Positions 54,425-64,000 of a DNA stretch of 64,000 nt are shown one piece after another; the first letter of the stretch is position 1, and every line of letters starts with the position of its first letter. Source of the DNA: Octopus vulgaris. Its lineage: Eukaryota. The position numbers were made by a program, and so were the translations under genes. The stretch spans positions 126,170,001 through 126,234,000 of the forward strand of contig OX597817.1 in assembly GCA_951406725.2 (NCBI GenBank), in the 5' to 3' direction. The notes below the pieces were generated by a model that did not search any database, had not been told where the DNA came from, and saw only the letters and a program-made list of their open reading frames with translations.

Positions 54425-55660
54425 AGGGAGAAAACACACAAAAAAGACGAAGACATGTTGTGTAGACAACAAATAGATGTATTAGTTTAACGCTCGGGAA
54501 GTTAAAGAGTCTTTGACGTTTCGAGCCTACTCTCCTTCACAGAAAGGAAGGAAACAAGGAGAGAAAATAAAGAATGTGTAGTGGCAAGCGATCTGTCAGG
54601 GCGAATGCCAGAGAGAAGGGTCACATGGGAGAGCTAGGTGGAAGAGGTCTGGTGTATGTGTGTGTATGTGTAGGTGTGAAGATGTGGGGCTGGGAAGGGC
54701 TCAGTGCTAGTGTGTGCGTGGTGCTGTGATGGTGTTGGAATTTGGGGAGGCTAGAGTCGGGAAAGCAAGGTGGGGTGTAGTTTAGGTTGAGGATGGAGGT
54801 AGAGGTGGCGTATATGGTTAGGCAGTGGGTGGGGGTAGAAGTGGGATATGTGGGAGTGGGTTTAATCGGTGGGGTAGATGGGATGGTAAGGATAGGGAAG
54901 ATGTTGCTGGAATGTGCAGGGGTGGGTAGGGATAACGAAGGAGGGGGACGATGAAGGGGAGGTGAAGATGGGTATGAGTGAAGAGAAGAGAGATAGTAGG
55001 AGTTAAGTGAAGAAGTAGGAGTCGGAGCAAGAGAGGAGAGGTGGGTGGTAGGAAGTAAGTTTGAGGGGGAAAGAGGCGAAGGGAGTAGGTTAGATGAAGA
55101 CGGGAGAATAGTTGAGCCCACGTGGCGCAATGGAGCGAAGAGAGAATATTATTCCTTTTTCATGGCAGAAACGGGAGTCTGTGCAAGGACAATCCGAACA
55201 CGGACATGTTTTGCGAAGAGTGACCAGTAGAGCGGAAATGGCGGGAGACCGGGGTGTCGTTGCCGAGTCGGATGTCTCGGAGGTGTTCCGCAAACCTGTC
55301 AGCCAAGTGGCGTCCCATTTGCCCGATGTATAGGGATGGGCAGAGAGAGAGAGAGCGAGCAAGAGAGGCAGTAGATGACATTGGTAGAAGTGCAGATGAA
55401 GGAGTGAGTGATGTGATAGTGTCGATGATGGGTGCCGGTGAGGAGGTTGGAGAGGTAAGGGCAAGTGCGGCGGCGTGGGCGAGAGATGGGGAAAGAGCCG
55501 GGTTGGGAGGTTGGGTTAGGGAAGAGACTGTGGACCAAGAGGTCTCATAGCTTTTGGGCTCGTTTGAAGGATGGGAGGTGTCGATTAGAGAAGATGTGTG
55601 AAGTGGTGGGGTCGGACTGGAGTCGCCAGAAGGCTCGAAGAATGGTGCGTTGGAGAGGTA
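54425..55660 (-). mobile_element. Penelope-like element 3' part: GIY-YIG endonuclease remnant, CT-rich 3' UTR and pLTR
   Basis: PRRRTCPY..., CTSTNVIYCLSC/CPSLYIGQMGRHLADRFAEHLRDIR...PVSRHF...GHS and EKGIIFSLRSIAPRGLN (Neptune-like motifs); bounded by (TA)n on both sides. Confidence 0.9.
54509..54548 (-). ncRNA. Degenerate minimal hammerhead motif in the Penelope pLTR
   Basis: Minus strand TCCTTT-CTGTGA-AGGAGAGTAGGCTC-GAAA-CG-TC-AAAGAC: CTTT/AAAG stem I, GAG/CTC stem II, ACGT palindrome in place of stem III; core one base short. Confidence 0.55.
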
Positions 55661-55673
55661 TGTATATATATAC

Positions 55674-55713
<40 letters not shown>

Positions 55714-55727
55714 TCATACATACATAA

Positions 55728-55884
55728 AGGGCTACGTTTAGTTTCCTTCTACTAAATCAACTCAAGAGAACTTTGTCGACTTGTAGTTATTGAAAAACAC
55801 GCTTGCCCAGCGTCCAATGTGGTGGGAGAGACCCCGGGAAAATGAGGCTGACGATCAAACGTTTTACCACATAGCCACGCCTGC
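55728..55884 (-). mobile_element. SINE family A 5' half, old copy
   Basis: Reverse complement of GCAGGCGTGGCTATGTGGTAA...GGGCAAG...AGGAAACTAAA. Confidence 0.65.
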
Positions 55885-56659
55885 ATGAATAATTTGTTTT
55901 AGACAAGATATTCCGAATATCTTGTGTAACTCCTTTTCATTATCATGTTTTGATACTCATTTATTCCATTTAGAAATGTTGTGTTCGAATTTTGCTCATT
56001 GAATATAACAATTTACTCGCGTTGTGTTTACAGAATTCAATGAAGATATAACGATTTTGTTTACTTTCTTTTTGGGTTTAAGTGAATTGTTTCTGCTTAC
56101 TGAGTTGCACATTATTGATTGTATACTTTTGGTGTTATCTACTTGATAACATCTGAAATTTAACGTATTTTCTCTTAAAACTTTAGACACTCAGATGTAA
56201 GCGATGCTTTGGTTCCATTGAAATTTATTTTAGTCGAGAATTGCCAAATATTAACAAATATATTGATTTCTGTTCTAACTCGATGTTGGTCATCTATGCT
56301 ATTCTTTGTTTCATGCTGCAACTTATTGTCTTTGCTCTCTCAGAATATCTGGCGTTCTTATCTTCAGCTGCCACTATATTTACAATATACATTCTGTATC
56401 TAATTGGCGTATTATCTATAGAAAACATCTTTCTTTTGATTTCGGTGTTCCTTAATTAATTTCTATTATGAACTTTCTTCCTAGATATCATATTTATTTT
56501 GACATAATCGTGTAATTCATGTCGTTCATTATAGATTTTGAAAATAAACGACGCCTATTTACGTGTATGGCTAGTGCAGTCAGAATCCTTACAGAAATTC
56601 TGTTTTTGTTTTATATCTTGTACTTATTTGTGAACTCTATAAATTTCTATATTATTATT

Positions 56660-56998
56660 GTGTAAAGGGTAAAGTTCCTCTTCATCATGAACGATCGTGA
56701 CTTTGCACCTAGAAAGACCCCCCTCCGAGGACCAAAATCCGGCGAGGTTGTGTGTAGAAGACCAGCAGTTACCCATGCATACCAGTCCACGTCCTCCACA
56801 CCAAATATGTTGTCCATGAGAAAAAGCAAAATCTGATACAACGTGGCACCAGTGGCGTCGCAACTCATTTCTAGAGCTGCGAGATCTGGAACAACGTGAA
56901 ATAAAACGTCTGTCTTGCTCAAGAACACAATACACACCCAATCCAGGAATTGAGCTCACAAGCTCATGATTCTAAGCCCAACACACTTACCCTTAAGC
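56660..56998 (-). mobile_element. tRNA-derived SINE family D (CORE-like segment)
   Basis: Minus strand B-box-like GAGCTCAATTCC followed by TTGTGTTCTTGAGCAAGACA...TTTATTTCAC; single copy in the window, recognised by resemblance only. Confidence 0.6.
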
Positions 56999-58335
56999 TT
57001 TCTTTATTATTGTGTATGCAGCTAATTTTAGGTTTATCCAGGATTTGTAAACAAATATTTTCTTCTTGTTATTGAGTGGGAGAAAGAGTTATAATACATT
57101 AAAATATATGTGTTTATTATGACAAAATGTTTAGTAATTCCATAAAAATGTATGTGTATAATTAACTACAATCCGTGTTTTTCGTAAGATATAACTGAAA
57201 ACAAAAACTGAGTACAGAGGGAAATGAAAATCTTTGAATATGATTTGTTGTTCTACGAATGCGACGGTGGAGAGGCAACTAGTGATATAAAGACATGATT
57301 AATAAACACATTTTAAATATTCACAAAATTTATTAATAAAGCAAAACCTTAGAAAATCTAATCCTATGGGTTCATTATGTATCAACTGTGGGGATATTTA
57401 CACTCACAAACTAGTTTTTGGTTTTTTAACTAACAAAAAATATTACTGCAGTTCAGTATCATCAATACATTTTAGAAACAAATAAACTGAGAAAACATGA
57501 AAATCATTAAAATAAAATTTTGATTTGCATAGATTTTCGGTGAAATTCATTCCCACTGTGATAACTCTAAACTGAATAAGTTATTGTTTACAACTGTTGT
57601 AGTCTTCATTGAAAATTATAGCATACATTTATTCAGATTCGTTCCAAGGAGATCGAGTATAACGAAAGTTTGACGAAATAAAATTTTGACTTATTACTGA
57701 AATAAAGTAAATAACGATATACTTGCGTTTAATGGTATTGGAATTTGCCTCAACCGATAGTCACATTCATTGGTCGTCTCCGCAATGTTACCTAAAAAGT
57801 AATTTGAAAAATTTTATATTAATATGCAATTTTTTGTAATAGGTAGTAAAAGTGAGGTTTTGAAAATAATATTAAATAGTATTTCTGAAACAGAGGAATA
57901 AAGAACTTTTTAAATGAGAAATTCTTCCTAAATCATTTTTGCCGTCATTTTTGTTACGATATAAAATTTTGCGGGCTGAAATTACGGATAATGAAAATTG
58001 TTGTTACAATTTTACATTTTCTAGTTATGTTACTTGATAGCCAAATGACTTTTTTCATATACATACGCACACGCACACACGCACACACACACATATGTAT
58101 GTTTTTGTGTGTAAAGAATCATTGCGATGTATTAAGCAGTACATAGCCATTCATTAGCAAAAGCTGCAGAATATATGAAACGTTATATATATATATTGAG
58201 TTTATTTGAAAGATTTAGTTGTGGGTTTTAATATAATCATGAATTACCAAGCTGCGTGAAAATAACACGATTGTGTAAAGTTTGAAATATACTTCAATTG
58301 TTATGAAAGCAAATTTTTTGAGTATAGGCTAATTA

Positions 58336-59885
58336 TCTTCTCTCACTGAACATCCGGCAGTATAGGCAAACGTTATTACACATCGATATCAAGAAAAGCA
58401 GTGTGTGTGTGGTGCGTATTTTTTTCAAGGATTCGAAAATCAGGTTGCCGATTTTCACGTATGAAGAATCAAAAGATTCAGTAATCTTTCGGCTAGCATA
58501 TAAAGTTTTTTTTGCACAACTCTTTTTTACTACGAAAATAACCTCGTAAACCAGGTCTGGTTACGCAATTTTGAAGTCATTTTCGGGCAATATTCTGATT
58601 TATTTATAATCTACGTTGCCAATTTCAATGTTTTTGGTGTAAAAAATGCAGTAATATACAAAGAGTGTTTAGTGCATTTTTGATGCACAAAACTGTATTT
58701 GTCAACGGGAAATTACAAAAACTATGTTTTTTGGATTCGTTTTCCGTGCCACACACTTCGGTTTTTTTATATTTTTCCAAAGTTTCTTCGGATTTCTATG
58801 ATTCTGATATGGAAAACATGACATTTTTATACTTTTAATTTCCCCACTTCTCAACCCAACTTCTTAATTTTTAACTTTTTCCCTATTTTTTAAAAATTCA
58901 CGTAGAAAATTCAGAGATTACAAATCTGGGGAATTCTTTGTTTTTATTTTTCTTAAAGAAACACTCAATGCCCCTTCCTCAACCTCGCCTTACCTCCCCG
59001 ATTTCAAAAGCTAAAAACTCAGAATGTTTTACTTTCGTTTGTTCCACGCATGCATAGAATTCTACTGCAATAGCAGACGTCAAAAATATCAGCCCAACAC
59101 CAGAAAACCTGACATGTTAGAAACAACAGCTAAACAACATTATTTCTGAAAAAACTTCCCCGCTTCCAAAAATGCTAAAAATGAAACATTCGAAGTTTTA
59201 TCTTTTTGAATATGGGGAGGTGATGGGTGGATGCTGGAGAAGGGGACGTGAGTGTTTGTTTAAGAAAGAGCTTTTAAAAATATTCATAGGGATCCGTGAT
59301 CTCTGTATTTTTCGACGTGGTTTACAGAAAAAATCCCAAAGACGAGGTGGGAGGAAGTAAACATTGTGAAAACGTGTTTTGGGGGCAAAATCTTAATCTC
59401 CTATAACGAAACCATAGGAACCAGAAGTAATTTTGAAACAAAAAAGGGCTGGGCGCAAATACCACCTCCGACATGATAGAAACAACAGTTTAACTGTATG
59501 ATTTCTAAAACAGATTCTTCTAAAATTTATATCGAAGATCCCTTTTTTAAATACGCTCATCACAAACACGAATTGCGAAATAAAGTGTTCGCGGAGTTTT
59601 GATCGTAACACGTACTAAACCCTTCATAACTTCTTTTATTTTTAATAATTTTCATGAATTGTTTTCGATTCTGTCTTCTGCATAACGGAATTAATACAAT
59701 TGTCCAATAAATAAATTTATTTTTTTACATATTCTACCCCTACCCACCTAATTCCAAAACTTACACTCTTATTCGATTGTGTACTTCATACTCCTCGTGT
59801 GCCGATTTTGCCCATAGGAAAGGAGCAAATAATACAATTTGAATGTAGGTTATAACACGCAGGCAACGCCGGGGTGCATTGCTAG
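58336..59885 (+). mobile_element. Probable non-autonomous Helitron
   Basis: 3' end GGCAACGCC hairpin followed by CTAG then T (59882-59886); candidate 5' A|TC at 58335-58337 (uncertain); internal degenerate inverted repeat 58899-59030 vs 59184-59319. Confidence 0.6.
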
Positions 59886-60654
59886 TCCTAAGTATTTATA
59901 ACCCCAGTACGATATTTATCACACCCTTTAATGTTCACATCCAATGAGATATAGAGAATTTCCTTTTATCCAAAAAATTATTATTACGACATGGATGTTT
60001 TCCTTCAGCGAAATGAAATGAAATGTGGAGAGCAAAATAGGTGAAAATGATTTAACAAAAGCAAATGTCATTATGGCGAACCCTCTCGTTTATGTTACTT
60101 ATATTAAACGTACATCTATTAAGAACATCTTGCTTAAAACACTAATTATATCTCAATTGATCTGCTTACGTCTATTTATGTTGATAGAATTGATTTCACT
60201 ATCATCTTCATAAACGCTAGCGTTAAGTGTATTAATACAGATTTCAATTTATCACTGATGAATGAAATAATTACATACAATTCGTATGGTCCGAAAAATC
60301 ATCTTGTCGCATTATTACAATATCGAAATGCAGCCACTCTCTAACATGCACAGTTATATCCATCCAAATCAGCATGTATCATTATAGATTATATTACCTT
60401 CTTGCGTATGGCTTTTGGCAGTTACGAATATGATACAAAGAAAGTGAAACAGTATCTGTTTTTATTACGATATACTGTTACAACAATAAACGAATTTGTT
60501 TTATTCGAATATCAATATTATTTTTATTTCTAATTTTAGTTTACCCTATATTTAAATGTTACACATTTTACCAGCTGACATATATCAGATTTTGTCATCA
60601 TGAATTTAGGGTTTTGTTACAAATTCCCATTCGTTCTCTCTCTCTCTCTCTCTC

Positions 60655-60717
<63 letters not shown>

Positions 60718-63700
60718 TGCGATGTGAGCGTTTGCACATTTGTGTGTGTCTGCATATATGTATGGACGTTATGTTTTCGTGTATGGTGGTACCGCTCCGT
60801 ATGCTGTATTTCATGTGCTGCACAATGAGGATAATTCGTAAGACACCACTGGAAGTATTTACATATTCACCATAAGAACTTTAAAAATCCTATTTGTGGG
60901 ACATACATTATTCATAGCATTACTTCTATTGGTAATTCAAATCATCTCTTGTTAAGGATTCATCTGACTTTATAATAAAAATAGCATCCATTTTCAACCA
61001 CATAAATATAGAACTTCATTAAACCGAAGAACAAATTCACAAGTGTATGTACATATGTACCTGCAGGTAGCTATAAATGCGTGCATGTTGAGGATGCAAA
61101 CAGGGTTAGTTTACAAGTCTTGCACAGGAAACTCTATCGAAGCCTAATAAAGATGTTCTGCGCGAAAATTCATTTGCTATTTTAGTAGCAACATCTGAGC
61201 TCTTTATTCAAAAAACAACAAAACAAAAACTTGATTAGCGTTGGTTCATTGAGCTGAGCACAAGATAACTGAACGTGTGAACGTCAAATTCATTCTTATC
61301 CACTACACAACCTTTTTCTTCAAAACTACTAGACATGTTAAAGATCTCCTGTCCACTCCGGGCAAAATATTTCAGAGTGATAGGCTTCCAATTGACTTAG
61401 TTAATAGCTATAGCCATCCTATCTCTGATAATGCCTGTTTGAAATTAATTTATTTGTGAGAGATACTTAGGCATTAGACGAGTTCGTGTAGAGTGTCGCG
61501 GCAATCATTTGTAGTAGATGTAGAAATATATCCTACAATTCAGCCCATCGCACACTCACCAAAACAATGTTTATGAATCATACATGTCTTCTTCGATTCG
61601 TGTAGTACTCATTGACACTCTTATTCAGGTTGCTGTTCATAGTTTGATGGTGTTAGTCTTCTATTGTTTAAAGATATATCACGTTCTTTCAGTGCTTTCA
61701 TAACTTTTGCTGACGTATGTCGTTCTTTATCCCTGTTGTGGGACAGTTTAGATTCTTTTACGTCAGTTTCGTTAGCTATATTACGTTCATTTGCTTTGAA
61801 AAGGTAAGGTGGGGTGGACATTTTGTGCTTCGGCTGTTAATTTAGGCGTTGATTTAGAATTTTCTGCTGCTGTTATTTACACGCATACAAATGATGTTCT
61901 AGCGTTTGTGGATTTGAGACTTTGACATGAATTTTTATGTTTGTTTCAGCGCTAATGCTGTTGTTATTATGGCTGTAGTTACTGCTACTATTTTTGCAGC
62001 TGTCACTTCCATCACATTAGCTGAAACTGCAATCGCTTTAGACATTGTAACAACAAGTATATTAGTAACAGGTGATCCCCTTCAGTCATACTAGAAGGAA
62101 GCAATGACGTCGTCATCAACAAAGGTCACAGAAACATCAGCAAGAGTGCAAACCAATCAATTTGCATATTTGCTAACATTTTAAAACTATTCGATTATGC
62201 GTCGTTGGACAAAAACGTGTATTCATTGGCAGAGCTGAGGAGCATATCAATAGATACGAGAACAAGTTCATACTGAAGAAAACACAGCACTTTCTTGCGG
62301 ACACGATCTTAACAAAACCGACAAAAGGCAAATATTCAACACTAATTTGAATTGCAATTGCTCCGTTGCTGTGTTAACTTTGATGTTCCTGCTTTTCTTT
62401 ATCCATTATGTAACTGAAATGGTTCCTTTGCTATTACTATATTTGGTGCTACAGTGTTTCAGGCAGCGATAAATGAATTTGGCGACGGCCGCGTTGCGCT
62501 GCAACTATGTTGAAAATATATTTACTATGGCTCTGGTAGATTGTGTTGCTCTTACTTCTGTTAACGTTGTTTTATTTTATTATTACTGTTGACACTATTG
62601 ATTTTGCTGTTACTGTGCATGGCTTTTTTCTATTGCTCTTGAGTGAGTAGTATCGAAACAGAAATTTCACCATATAATTTCCTGCCATCTCGTTCTCTTG
62701 CTAGTTGGCCATCCAAAGCAACAGTCTTAGAGGCATAATCACAATGTATATTTGAAAACAAATATTTGTTTACTTTGGAAGCCTTGTCCAGTGCGTCAAT
62801 TTACAAAACAATCAAGTTAGTTCCCTATTATCCTGGTTGATTAGCAACAAGATAAAGCATTGAAATTACTAGATCGAATCTCATAGAGACCTACACTTGA
62901 CGTATGCTTAAAGAGTTCCTAACACGTCTTCATCTAACGTGATGAAAACAGCGAAAACTGCATCAATAATTGCACTAGTGATGCATTTGCTCTTCAAGTG
63001 TTTTAAATTTTCAAATTACTTTATTAAAATTATACAAAAGATTTACACGGTACAATGTAAGTAGAGATAGGATTTCACTCATAAAACTTCTTTACCCGTC
63101 GCATATTTTTTAACTTAAAAGTTACTACATTTTATCATTCACTCACAGAACAAAAAGGATTGATATTTTCGCGTTAATAGATACGTGAAATATTTAACAT
63201 TAATATTAAATAGGTTCCTACGAACCCTTCTGTTTATCATAGTTTTTCATGTATATCTGACTCTTTGGATATGCATACGTATATTGACATACATACATGG
63301 ATATATACACATACATAAATACATACATATATACATTCATACATAGACACACGTTTCATTCTGAATATGAGGATATCTGAGTAGTTCACTGTATGGATTA
63401 ATGTAAATATGCGGATCTTTAGTTACCTACGTATATACATACGCACACACAAACTGATGCAGGCACAATAACCTTATACGCATCCATCTCTCCAAGACAA
63501 ATAATATACACAGCATATGCACATACACTGCTTACCCAGACGTATTTGGATGATATTCATTTTGTAATTATTTTTTATTTCTTTCTTCGTAAACATTCCT
63601 ATAAGCCATAACGTCAACAATGAAAATAAGAAAACGTCTATAAAATCATTTTCTTTTAATAATATTCATATCAAAGGATATATTTCTATATTATATGCAC

Positions 63701-64000
63701 CTACTCACAGACATAAACACAAACTACACATTGATCATTTTTAATATTTACATACGTGTGTACGCATATTTATGTATATATGTGTGTATGTCTGTGTGTA
63801 TGTGTGTGCGTGTGTGTGCATAGAACATACACATATATATATAATTTATATATATGTAGATAAATATTAGTACATGGCTATGTGTAATACATATAAATAT
63901 GCATATGTATATAGATACACATATTTATATTTACATACATATGCATGTATGTATCCACACATAGGCATCGATGTATGCTAATATACACACACATATATAT

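Noticed and set aside
54621-55130. Pro/Ser/Thr-rich 169-aa ORF
   Set aside because: Low-complexity CT-rich 3' UTR of the Penelope-like element.
61621-62040. Possible host exon on the minus strand
   Set aside because: Frames are short and stop-interrupted, with no recognisable domain or clear splice structure.

Overview
AT-rich, microsatellite-dense eukaryotic DNA with no recognisable host protein-coding exon, tRNA, rRNA or CRISPR. The SINE families resemble those I know from octopus genomes, so a coleoid cephalopod intergenic or intronic region is likely (inference). Most listed ORFs are translations of (TA)n/(CA)n/(TATG)n tracts. Identifiable content is decayed mobile DNA: three Tc1/mariner elements with TIRs, four tRNA-derived SINE families, two CR1-group LINE pieces, a HERO-like RLE retrotransposon, an ORF1-only (CCHC) LINE derivative preceded by a 35-bp minisatellite, a probable non-autonomous Helitron and two Penelope-like (GIY-YIG) remnants. 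The most notable signal is a cluster of long fold-back elements at 27.9, 30.6, 33.4 and 38.8 kb. Three of them carry a type I hammerhead-ribozyme motif in each arm, one per strand, and a similar minimal motif lies at the 3' end of the GIY-YIG Penelope-like remnant at 54.5 kb. All alignments and folds were done by eye, so boundaries are approximate.
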